This document shows positions 54,966-64,000 of a DNA stretch of 64,000 bases, piece after piece. Source of the stretch: an uncultured Alphaproteobacteria bacterium. GTDB taxonomy: Bacteria; Pseudomonadota; Alphaproteobacteria; Acetobacterales; Acetobacteraceae. The stretch covers positions 70,760 through 134,759 of the forward strand of contig CAVZTH010000043.1 of the NCBI GenBank assembly GCA_963778125.1, read 5' to 3'. Under the pieces are notes generated by a model, which saw only the letters and a program-made list of their open reading frames with translations, was not told the origin of the DNA and ran no database searches. How positions within the stretch are numbered: the stretch's first letter is position 1; every line of letters starts with the position of its first letter. Position numbers and translations under genes: made by a program.

Positions 54966-56018
54966 CGTTCCTCGCAAAACCGAAGCTGCATCATCCGGAA
55001 CTGCACAAGAACAGTCTGGGCTACACGCGGCGCGATTATGAGGGCGCGATCTCAACCCTGTGCGCCGGCTGCGGCCACGACTTCGATCAGCGCCGCGATC
55101 GTTCGCGCCTGCTTCGAACTCGAACTGCCGCCGCATCGCATCGCCAAGCTCTCGGGCATCGGCTGTTCCTCGAAGACACCGACGTATTTCCTTGGCGCGT
55201 CGCACGGCTTCAACTCGGTTCATGGGCGGATGCCGTCGGTGCTGACCGGGGCCAACCTCGCCAACCGCGACCTGATCTATCTGGGCGTGTCGGGCGACGG
55301 CGACAGCGCCTCGATCGGCCTGGGACAATTCGCCCATTCGATGCGGCGCGGCGTCAATATGGTCTATATCGTCGAGAACAACGGCGTCTATGGGCTGACC
55401 AAGGGTCAGTTCTCCGCCACCTCCGATAAGGGCGCGAAGTCAAAGCGCGGCGTGGTCAACAGTGACGAGGCGATCGATCTGGTCGAAATGGCGTTGCAGC
55501 TTGGCGCGACGTTCGTGGCACGCAGCTTCTCCGGCGACAAGGCGCAGTTGGTACCGCTGATCGAAGCCGCGCTGAAGCATGAAGGTGCGGCCTTCATCGA
55601 CTGCATTTCCCCCTGCGTGGCGTTTAACAATCACGACGGTTCAACAAAAAGTTTCGACTATGTCCGCGAGCACAACGCGGCAGTGAACTACCTGGACGTG
55701 ATTACCGGCCGTGAAGAAATAACGGTCGACTACGCGCCCGGATCGGTGGAAGTGGTGACGCAGCATGATGGCTCGACGTTGCGGCTGCGGAAGCTCCATA
55801 TCGATTACGATCTGCACGACCGGATATCGGCGATGACTTACATGCAGCAGCGGCACGCGGCGGGCGAAATCGTGACCGGGTTGCTCTACGTTGATCCCAA
55901 CCCGCGCGATCTACACGGGCATCTGAAGACCTCGGATACACCGCTAAATGCGTTGCAGGAAGACAGTCTGGTCCCGGGTTCGGCTGCACTGGCAAAGATC
56001 AACGCCGCGCTGCGGTAA
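54962..56018 (+). CDS. korB: 2-oxoacid:ferredoxin oxidoreductase beta subunit (frameshift near 55080)
   Basis: LCAGCGHD, SGIGCSS, HGR, TPP motif GDGD...ENNGVYGLTKGQ, SPCV. Confidence 0.87.
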
Positions 56019-56020
56019 CG

Positions 56021-56133
56021 CTAGTGGTCCGATCCCGACAGAAGCATCCCATGCGGTCGGGTGAATTGGCCCACAAAATCAATCGATAGTGGTTCAAATC
56101 AGACAGCACTATCCGTCTGATTTGAACCACTAG
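56021..56133. repeat. CTAG-bounded palindromic element (REP/MITE-like) with a perfect 18-bp hairpin
   Basis: Ends ctagtggtccgatc / gatttgaaccactag; internal tagtggttcaaatcagac (56087-56104) and gtctgatttgaaccacta (56115-56132) are exact reverse complements. Confidence 0.7.
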
Positions 56134-56158
56134 ATGTTCCCCGTCTAACGCGGCGGGC

Positions 56159-57449
56159 TCACGGCACCGGTCCTTCATCCACAACCACCCGATTCCGGCC
56201 ATCCCTCTTGGCGCTGTAAAGCGCTTGGTCAACCCGGTGGATGACGTCGTTGGCGCTGCCGTCCGCGGCGCACACCTCGGCCACGCCGATACTGACGGTA
56301 ATCCTGATCGCGCAGCCTTTGTGCGCGATTTCCGCCACCTCCAGCGCAAGCCGCAGCCGCTCCGCCGCCACCCGACCGAAATCCTGCCCGGTTTCGGGCA
56401 ACAGTATCAGGAACTCCTCTCCACCCCAGCGGAATATGGCATCGGTCTCGCGAAAGCCGTCCCGGCAAATCCTTACTAATGCAACCAACACCTCGTCGCC
56501 GACGTCATGCCCCCACGTGTCATTAATCTTCTTGAAGTGATCGCAGTCGATCATCAGCAACGAGAACATGCGCCCGTAACGTTGCCAGCCGCGGTAAACG
56601 TCGTCCAGTTTGGTTTCCGCCGCACGACGGTTGAACGCACCCGTCATTGGATCGGTGATCGACAAAGCGACCAAGCGATCCTCCATATGCTTGCGCTCCG
56701 TCAGATCGCGGCTGACCAGCACGAAACCGCCCGGACGTCCAAATCGATCCGGCAGGGAAGCCGCGACCGTATTGCCCCAGAATCGGCTGCCGTCCTTGCG
56801 GAGCCGCCATCCCTCGAATTCCGCTGCGCCTGACTGACGCGCCCGATCAAGCAGCGACACCGATTGAGCCTGGCCTGCGGCCTCGGTGGGGAAGAAGATG
56901 CTAATCGGCGCCCCGACAACATCCGCGGCTTCCCACCCGCCGATGCGCGCCAGCGATGGGTTCCAGCTGTCGACCCGCCCATCGAGATCGACAGTATAAA
57001 TCGCATAGTCCCGGACATTTTCCACGATCGCGCGAAACCGCTGCTGGTCATCGCGGATCCGGGTTTCCTGCTCGATCGCGCGGGTGATGTCCTGAATCAC
57101 CGCCATGAACGTATCGGGGTTGATCTTGATGATGCTCAACGTCAGCACCGTGGGCGTGTTCGGAACCGCCACCTGGAGCTGATCACAGATCGAACCGGCC
57201 GGCGCCTGGAATCCCTCTGCCCGATCCCGCAGATCCGGCACCACCGCCGACAGCACAAGATACAGATCAGACATGTCCGAATCCGGTGCCAGTGGCATCA
57301 GCAGCGCTGCCGCCACCGGGTTGGCTATGTCGATCGTGCCGTCCAGTCGGAACTTTACCACTCCGACCGGAGTCAAGATAGAGGAACTCCAGCAGCATCT
57401 CGGCTTCAGACGAGGCCGCTGACTGGTGATTTTCGATCGTCTCCGCCAT
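56159..57449 (-). CDS. PAS-domain diguanylate cyclase (frameshift near 57378)
   Basis: PAS (DYAIYTVDLDGRVDSWN...WRLRKDGSRFW), DPMTGAFNRR, DCDHFKKIND, I-site RETD, RWGGEEF; N-terminus MAETIENH in ORF 57267..57449. Confidence 0.9.
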
Positions 57450-57451
57450 CG

Positions 57452-57838
57452 TCAGGCACGCCGTTCAATCCCAAGATACATGCGGCGGCCGCCGGGACGT
57501 TTCATCAAACGCAGGCGAACCTTGGTCGGCGCGAGCCGAAATGTGAAAACATAGTCGATCGTCGAATCGATCTCCGCCTCGGTTTCAAACCGATGGGCAA
57601 CCATGAAATTGTTGGTGCAAGGTGCTACGGCCGTAAAGAAATGCCGCCCGACAACCCGCTCTGGCGTCAGGCCGGAAATTTTCGCCTCCGCGAGATTATA
57701 ATGCTCGACGTTGCAGTCCGGCGCCATGGCAACGACCCCGAATGTCAGCAGGTCCAGATCGGTCGGCGAGGCTCCCTCCAGCCAGTTGAACAGATCGTCA
57801 GCGTCAAGATTGCTCGGCACTGCTTCAACGACATTCAT
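57452..57838 (-). CDS. pyp: Photoactive yellow protein homologue
   Basis: LDLLTFGVV, YNLAEAKISG, VGRHFFTAVAPCTN, YVF..PTKV align by eye to Halorhodospira halophila PYP with Tyr42, Glu46, Cys69 and Phe96 retained. Confidence 0.82.
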   Translation of the reverse strand: MNVVEAVPSNLDADDLFNWLEGASPTDLDLLTFGVVAMAPDCNVEHYNLAEAKISGLTPERVVGRHFFTAVAPCTNNFMVAHRFETEAEIDSTIDYVFTFRLAPTKVRLRLMKRPGGRRMYLGIERRA

Positions 57839-58058
57839 TTGTATGGTCCCTGTAGGACTAAATCACCAGTCCTGGAAGTTTAGGCTGAGATATTTAACAA
57901 AGGACTAATTTGCGCCGCTCTGGACCGGTGCGGCTGGATATGCTCTGTTTGCATCCGCGGCGGCAGATGCCGGGAATTTAACTTCGGCAACCAGTCACCC
58001 CACGGCATCTTGCCGGACGCACAGAAACGAAAACGACGATCCACCGGGAGAGTAGTTC

Positions 58059-59390
58059 ATGGCCCCGAACATGGCCCTCGCCGTCGAGGCGATCGAATCA
58101 GAGACGATGCGCCGGGTCGGGCGACGGCTTATCCCGCTGCTCATGATCTGCTACTTCGCTGCCTACCTCGACCGAGTGAACGTCGGCTTCGCGGCCCTGA
58201 CGATGAACAAGGCGCTTGGCTTGTCGGCCGAGATCTTCGGTATCGGCAGCGGCATCTTTTTCCTCGGCTATTTCCTGTTCGAGGTTCCCAGCAACCTGAT
58301 CCTGGAGAAGGTCGGCGCACGGCGTTGGATCGCTCGGATTCTGATAACCTGGGGTGTTATCTCCGGTGCCACCGCCTTCGTCACCGGCACCTGGTCATTC
58401 CTCGGCATCCGCTTCCTGCTCGGCCTCGCCGAAGCCGGCTTCTACCCCGGCATCATTCTGTATCTGACCTGGTGGTTCCCATCCAGCTACCGCTCGAGGA
58501 TCATCGGCATCTTCATGACCGCGATCCCAATTTCCATCGTCACCGGCTCACTGGTTTCCAGCCAGATCCTTCGTATCGGCGACTGGGGCGGCCTTTCAAG
58601 CTGGCAGTGGCTGTTCATCCTGGAGGCGATTCCCCCGGTCATTCTCGGTTTCGTGGTGATGATCTATCTGACCGACGGTCCGGCCCAGGCAAAATGGCTC
58701 GAACCGGCACAACGCGAGTGGCTGACTCGCCGCATCGCAGACGAGCGGGCTGCAAAGGAGGCGCGCCGCAACTACTCGTTGGCCGAGACGATGCGCCACC
58801 CGCGGGTCTGGCTGCTCACGCTGGTGTATTTTGGTCAGAACGTCTCAGGCTATGGGTTGGTGATCTTCCTGCCGCAGATCGTCAGCCGCTTCGGCGTCGG
58901 GGTCGGTCTGAACGGGGTGATCAGCGCCCTGCCCTTCGTTGCCGGTGCATTCGCGATGGTTTGGTGGGGCACGCATGCGGACCGTGCCAACGAGCACCGC
59001 TTTCACACCGCCGCAGCCTGTTTGCTGAACTTCGCTGGCTTGGCGGTGTGCATATTCCTGCAAAATCCGATCCTGATGATGATCGCGATCATTTTCAGCC
59101 AAATGGGCCAGTCCGCCATTGCGCCGACCTTCTGGGCGTTGCCGACAGCGATGCTGACCGGCACGGCTGCGGCGGGCGGGATCGCGATGATCAACGCGGT
59201 CGGCAATCTGGGCGGTTTCCTCGGACCCTACATGATGGGAAGTATCAAGGACGCGACCGGCAGTTTTGCCATCGGCCTGCTCAGCATCGCTATGGGTACA
59301 CTGGTCGCGACAATCGTGCTTCTGGTGATGGGTCCCGAAAAGCATCTGGCGACAGTGCCGGGCGCAACCGGGCGTGCGCCCGCCGAGTAG
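58059..59390 (+). CDS. MFS transporter, ACS family (tartrate/4-hydroxyphenylacetate permease-like)
   Basis: YLDRVNVGFA, FEVPSNL, GARRWIARI, RFLLGLAEAG, WQWLFILEA, GNLGGFLGPY. Confidence 0.92.
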   Translation: MAPNMALAVEAIESETMRRVGRRLIPLLMICYFAAYLDRVNVGFAALTMNKALGLSAEIFGIGSGIFFLGYFLFEVPSNLILEKVGARRWIARILITWGVISGATAFVTGTWSFLGIRFLLGLAEAGFYPGIILYLTWWFPSSYRSRIIGIFMTAIPISIVTGSLVSSQILRIGDWGGLSSWQWLFILEAIPPVILGFVVMIYLTDGPAQAKWLEPAQREWLTRRIADERAAKEARRNYSLAETMRHPRVWLLTLVYFGQNVSGYGLVIFLPQIVSRFGVGVGLNGVISALPFVAGAFAMVWWGTHADRANEHRFHTAAACLLNFAGLAVCIFLQNPILMMIAIIFSQMGQSAIAPTFWALPTAMLTGTAAAGGIAMINAVGNLGGFLGPYMMGSIKDATGSFAIGLLSIAMGTLVATIVLLVMGPEKHLATVPGATGRAPAE

Positions 59391-59767
59391 CCGGGATCAG
59401 CCCCATCGGCGTGTGAACGCCGCGAACGCCTTCAAATGAGTGGCAATGAAGTCCCGCGTTGGTTGATCGATTAGCGTGACAGGTCTCCGCATCTTCTTTG
59501 GTCATGATTGGGCTGACCATGACTTCGGGCCTGTTCATAACGGCGGCATCTACAGTCCCGCTCCGGCGCCACGGAACCAACCTCGTGGCCGACAATGCGC
59601 AAGAAGACGGCATGATACCGCCTACCTGACCCACGGACCATCGATACAACGGTTGCCAATCAGCGGGCGGGCAGCGATGCTTCATGGGATCGGGGCATTC
59701 TCGCCCTGAACCGAACATCCAAGCACGTGAAAAACAAAGAAATCGGCTTAACGATGAGGACCCCCCT

Positions 59768-60965
59768 GTGACAACACCCACCGGCCCGCTCACCGGCATC
59801 CGCGTCATCGACGTCACTACGGTCGTGCTCGGTCCATACTGCTCTCAAACACTGGGCGATATGGGCGCCGATGTAATCAAGGTCGAAACCACAGAGGGCG
59901 ATTCGACCCGCCTGCTTGGGCCCTCCCGCACGCCGGGTATGGGCAGCTACTATGCCAATCTCAACCGCAACAAACGCAGTATCGCACTGGATCTGAAAAA
60001 GCCCGCGGCGCACGAGGCGATCCTGCGTCTGGTCGAAACCGCGGACATCTTCGTCCACAATATGCGGATCGGCGCGGCGAACCGATTGGGGCTGGATTAC
60101 GCGACCCTGTCCGCGCGCAATCCGAAGCTGATCTACGCATGCGCGAGCGGCTTCCGTAAAGGCAGCTCCATGCAGGAGTTCCCGGCGTACGACGACCTGA
60201 TCCAGGGGGTGTCCGGCATCGCCTCGCTTAACGCCGGGCCGGATGGCGCGCCGCGCTACTTCCCTACCGTGGTGGTCGATAAGCTGACCGGTGCCATGTT
60301 GGCCTCGATGATCGGAATGGCGCTGTTCCATCGGGAGAGGACGGGTCGAGGGACAGGAAATCCACCTGCCGATGATGGAGACGATCCTTTCATTCACCCT
60401 GGTCGAGCATTTGTCGCACGCCACGCTTGGGGAACCGGAGAAAGGCCTTGGCTACCCGCGGATGCTAACGCCGCATCGCCGGCCCTATCAGACCAAGGAC
60501 GGTTACATCAGCGTAATTGCTCACAGCGACGCCCAGTGGAACAAGTTGTTCGAGGCGATGGGTGTTCCGCACCTGATCAACGATCCCCGGTTCAGCTCTG
60601 TTCGGTCCCGCGCCGCCAATATCGACGCGGTCTACGCGACGCTGACCGAGGGCATGAAGCTGCGCAGCACGGAAGAATGGCTGGCGGAGCTACGGCCGGC
60701 GGATATTCCGTGTGGCAAGGCCAATGATCTGGATGATCTGTTCTCGGACCCATATTTGACCGAGACCGGTTATTTTGAAGCTCATGAACATCCCGTGGAG
60801 GGAAGTGTCGTTATTCCGGCAATACCAGCGCGCTTCTCCAAAACGCCACCGAACATACATCGTCCCTGGCCACAACTCGGGCAGCACACGCGGGAGGTTC
60901 TTGCCGAGGCAGGGTATTCGGATGAAGAAATAGACCAGATCACAAAGCCCGCTAGGCAACGCTGA
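59768..60965 (+). CDS. Family III CoA-transferase (CaiB/BaiF; frameshift near 60355)
   Basis: GPLTGIRVID, GADVIKVE, NRNKRSIALDLK, catalytic AYD, PQLGQHT. Confidence 0.9.
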
Positions 60966-61001
60966 GGCGGATCTGGCAGCTACGCGCTCGCCAGACAGAC
61001 C

Positions 61002-62093
61002 CTACCGGTCGCCGAGGCAGATCCCCAATCCGCGGGCGGTGTGCACCAGCGTATCGTCAGCGACCGCGAATTGAGCCGGCTCGAACGCCGCTGTTAGCGG
61101 CACGTCGACGACGCGGCGGTGCTGCCAGGCGACGAGGCGGTCGAACCGTCCCTCGGCGAGACAATCAACGGCATGGACACCGAATGCCGAGGCGAGCAGA
61201 CGATCGTCCCACGTCGGCGCGCCGCCGCGCTGCACATGCCCGAGCACCGTGACGCGCGTCTCCGCGCCGGTTAGCCGGGTCAGTGCTCCGCAAAGGACAT
61301 AGCCGATGCCGCCATAGGTTTGATGGCCGGGGGAATGCTGGATCTGCACGTGGGCGCCGGTGTTGTCGCGCACCGCCTCCGCCACTACGACGATGGCAAA
61401 GTTGCGGCCGGCCACTCGCCGGATGTGGTTAATGTGCTTGGCGACCACTTCGATGTCGTAAGCGATTTCGGGCACCAGGATCACGTCCGCCCCGCCGGCG
61501 ATCCCGGCCGCCAATGCGATATGCCCGCTGTCCCTTCCCATCACTTCCAGGATCATCACACGGTCGTGGCTGGCCGCCGTTGGCTGCAGCCGGTCGATCG
61601 CCTCGGTCGCCACCATTACCGCGGTGTTGTAGCCGATGGAGTTCTCGGTGGCGCCCACATCGTTGTCGATTGTCTTCGGAATGCCGACGAAGGGAATGTT
61701 CCCTTGCTGGGCGAGATGGCGGAGGATCGCCATGCTGCCATCACCGCCGATGCCTATCAGCCCGTCGAGGCCAAGCATGCGGACCCCCTCGATCAGTTCC
61801 TCGGACCGGTCCTTGCGGGTCCCGTCATCCATCGGATAGGCGAACGGATCGCCGTGATTGGTGGTGCCGAGGATGGTGCCGGCCATCCGTGCCATCGCCG
61901 GGCTGGCGCCATGCAAATCGAGTGGTTCGAAATCCACCGGACGACGCAATAGGCCCTGTGTGCCCTGGTGGATGCCCAGAACGCGCCACCCGTAGCCCAA
62001 CACCGCGTGGCACACCACGGCGCGGATGACCGCGTTGAGCCCGGCGCAATCGCCACCGCTGGTCAGCACCCCGATTGTCTTTGCTGGAGTCAC
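61002..62093 (-). CDS. pfkA: ATP-dependent 6-phosphofructokinase (group III)
   Basis: LTSGGDCAGLN, GTILGT, IGGDGS, PKTIDND, EVMGR, LGHVQRGG. Confidence 0.93.
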   Translation of the reverse strand: MTPAKTIGVLTSGGDCAGLNAVIRAVVCHAVLGYGWRVLGIHQGTQGLLRRPVDFEPLDLHGASPAMARMAGTILGTTNHGDPFAYPMDDGTRKDRSEELIEGVRMLGLDGLIGIGGDGSMAILRHLAQQGNIPFVGIPKTIDNDVGATENSIGYNTAVMVATEAIDRLQPTAASHDRVMILEVMGRDSGHIALAAGIAGGADVILVPEIAYDIEVVAKHINHIRRVAGRNFAIVVVAEAVRDNTGAHVQIQHSPGHQTYGGIGYVLCGALTRLTGAETRVTVLGHVQRGGAPTWDDRLLASAFGVHAVDCLAEGRFDRLVAWQHRRVVDVPLTAAFEPAQFAVADDTLVHTARGLGICLGDR

Positions 62094-62361
62094 GTCCGCG
62101 CCTTTGGGGTAATCCTACCCTGCTGCGCGATGCTGCCATGCGGCGGGTCATTTGACCACTCATTTCGCGCGAAGGCTGTGCCGACTGTGACGCTGCGACC
62201 CTGACGCTTCCCACGAGAGTGTCGGTATACTCCTTCGATCCACGGTGACTGCGGCATATATCGGCTCGCGGTACCAGGCCGTATTCTCTGGCTTCACCCG
62301 GCAAGTCTCCGATCTTGGCGCAAACCATTGCGCGTGTCCTGCGTGCCCGAAACAACCCATT

Positions 62362-63378
62362 TTATCCGGACGCCTGGGTGGTGGCCCCTTGGAACGCACG
62401 CAACCCCTCCTCGATGACCGCCCGGGGCAGGTCGCTTGTGATGAAAACCAGGCGGCTCGTGCGGGGGTCGCCCTCCGGCCAGGCGGTCAGTTTGATCGGC
62501 GGGTGCATCAGATGCCGCACCGCGTGGATCGCTACCGGACGATCGTGCCCTTTCAGATTCAGAATGCCTTTAATCCTCAACAGATTTTCACCGCGTGACG
62601 CGACGAGCAGCTCCAGCCACATCGCTACGCCTTGCCAGTCGAGCGGGTCCTCCAGCGTGACGCAAAACGCGGTAATGCGGGCGTCGTGGCGGTTAGGATC
62701 GTGGTCGTGGTCGTGCGCGTGGTCGTCAAACGCGGCGGCGTTCAACCAGGCGGCCACGTCGGGAATTTTCGAGGCCGGGTCGAACAGGCCGGCGTGCAGG
62801 ACGAAGGCGGGATCGACCACGCCATGACGGGCCTCGGCCACCGGAGCGCCGGGGTTCAGTGCCGTCAGCCGCTGGCGCAGCGCCGCCGTATCGGTCAGGT
62901 CAGCTTTGCTGATGATCAGGCGATCCGCAACTGCCACTTGCCGCACCGCCTCCGCTTGCTCGTCAAGATGCGCCGCGCCGTTGACCGCGTCGACCACCGT
63001 GACGATGCCGTCTAGCCGGTAGGCGGCGGCGACGACGGGGTCGGTCATCAACGTGGCCAGGATCGGCACCGGGTCGGCCAAGCCGGTGGTCTCGATGACA
63101 ATCCGCGAAATGTCGTCGCGGCGGGCGCGGGGGAGCATCTCGCGCAGGACCCGAGCCAAATCGCCGCGGACGGTGCAGCACAGACAGCCGGCGTTCAACA
63201 GGACGACGGAGTCATCGAGTTTTTCGACCAACAGGTGGTCCAGGCCGATCTCGCCGAACTCGTTCACCAGGACGGCTGTGCGGGCCAGAGCGGGGTGGCG
63301 CAGCAGGTGGTTCAGCAGCGTGGTCTTGCCGGCGCCGAGGAAGCCGGTCAACACCGTGACCGGGGTGGTCTCAGCCAT
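62362..63378 (-). CDS. COG0523/CobW-family G3E GTPase (putative zinc chaperone)
   Basis: TGFLGAGKTT, NEFGE, GCLCC, ETTG, SKAD, His-rich DDHAHDHDHD, LLRIKG. Confidence 0.92.
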   Translation of the reverse strand: MAETTPVTVLTGFLGAGKTTLLNHLLRHPALARTAVLVNEFGEIGLDHLLVEKLDDSVVLLNAGCLCCTVRGDLARVLREMLPRARRDDISRIVIETTGLADPVPILATLMTDPVVAAAYRLDGIVTVVDAVNGAAHLDEQAEAVRQVAVADRLIISKADLTDTAALRQRLTALNPGAPVAEARHGVVDPAFVLHAGLFDPASKIPDVAAWLNAAAFDDHAHDHDHDPNRHDARITAFCVTLEDPLDWQGVAMWLELLVASRGENLLRIKGILNLKGHDRPVAIHAVRHLMHPPIKLTAWPEGDPRTSRLVFITSDLPRAVIEEGLRAFQGATTQASG

Positions 63379-63811
63379 GCGCGTGCCCGTACAGCTTGTC
63401 GGGGGAGACCTCCGGTGCAGCAATGTCGACAAGGGCGCCATCGATGACGGCTCGGTAGAAGCAGTTGCGGCGGCCGGTGTGGCAGGCGACGCCGTCCTGA
63501 TGGACCAGAAGCAACAACGTGTCGCCGTCGCAATCGACGCGGAGCTCCTTCAGGTGCTGGGTCTGGCCGGAGGTTTCGCCCTTTCGCCACAGCCGGCCGC
63601 GGCTGCGGCTGAAATAGCAGACCCTGCCGGTTGCCAGGGACTCCCGAACGGATTCGGCGTTCATCCAGGCCATCATCAGCACCTCACCGGTGTCGTGCTG
63701 CTGCGCGATGGCCGGGACCAGGCCGTTGGCGTCGAAGCAGATCGCCGCCAGCACGGCATCGGACTGGATCACGGCCGGTGCGGTAACGGCTTGGGTGGTA
63801 ATTTCGTTCAT
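63371..63811 (-). CDS. hisI: Phosphoribosyl-AMP cyclohydrolase
   Basis: GLVPAIAQ, VLMMAWMN, SRSR..LWRKGETSG, DCDGD, ACHTGRRNCF. Confidence 0.95.
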   Translation of the reverse strand: MNEITTQAVTAPAVIQSDAVLAAICFDANGLVPAIAQQHDTGEVLMMAWMNAESVRESLATGRVCYFSRSRGRLWRKGETSGQTQHLKELRVDCDGDTLLLLVHQDGVACHTGRRNCFYRAVIDGALVDIAAPEVSPDKLYGHAHG

Positions 63812-63857
63812 GAATGATATCTAGGCATTAGGCGTGGCCGCCGCCAAGGAGTGCCTG

Positions 63858-64000
63858 ATGGGGTTTTCCCCGCGCACCGAGACATTGCTGACCCGCGCCA
63901 ACGTGATCTGCGAGGGCCGCGGCGTACGGCTGACCGATCTGCGCCGCCAGGTCCTGGGGCTGATCCTGGATCGCGACGCCCCCACCGGCGCCTACGACCT
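63858..64000 (+). CDS. zur: Fur-family regulator, Zur-like (5' part only)
   Basis: AAGGAG RBS, then MGFSPRTETLLTRANVICEGRGVRLTDLRRQVLGLILDRDAPTGAYD; the C..RGVRLT..RRxVL...GAYD pattern is typical of proteobacterial Zur. Not in the ORF track. Confidence 0.78.
   Translation, partial: MGFSPRTETLLTRANVICEGRGVRLTDLRRQVLGLILDRDAPTGAYD

Noticed and set aside
54776-55429. Apparent in-frame fusion of the KorA C-terminus and KorB N-terminus
   Set aside because: An ATGA overlap at 54962-54965 and nearby frameshifts make a 1-bp error more likely than a real fusion.
59390-59768. Possible small ORFs between the MFS and CoA-transferase genes
   Set aside because: Several short overlapping frames, none with supporting motifs.

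Overview
High-GC alphaproteobacterial chromosome segment; gene content and style suggest Acetobacteraceae/Rhodospirillales (inference only). It is mostly metabolic and transport genes: EmrAB-type efflux, a CYP153-like P450/LLM/flavin monooxygenase/porin cluster, putA, GH51 arabinofuranosidase, ilvE, oxalate decarboxylase, an acyl-CoA carboxylase beta subunit, a 2-oxoacid:acceptor oxidoreductase operon, pfkA, cobW-hisI-zur. Many genes are split by single-base frameshifts, consistent with an incompletely polished long-read assembly, so coordinates for split genes are reconstructed by eye. Three regions stand out. (1) A lower-GC island at about 18.2-23.0 kb encodes a small Pepco-like protein translationally coupled to a large caspase / HSP90-like GHKL ATPase / helical-repeat protein, a candidate conflict or anti-phage system that the ORF track shows only as fragments. 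(2) A ~15 kb glycan locus carries a CDP-C-methyl-6-deoxysugar pathway, an O-methyltransferase, a three-module glycosyltransferase and a sulfotransferase whose 5' end is an inverted, diverged copy of the glycosyltransferase 3' end. (3) A photoactive-yellow-protein homologue is coupled to a PAS-GGDEF diguanylate cyclase. I found no rRNA, tRNA, CRISPR array or transposase.
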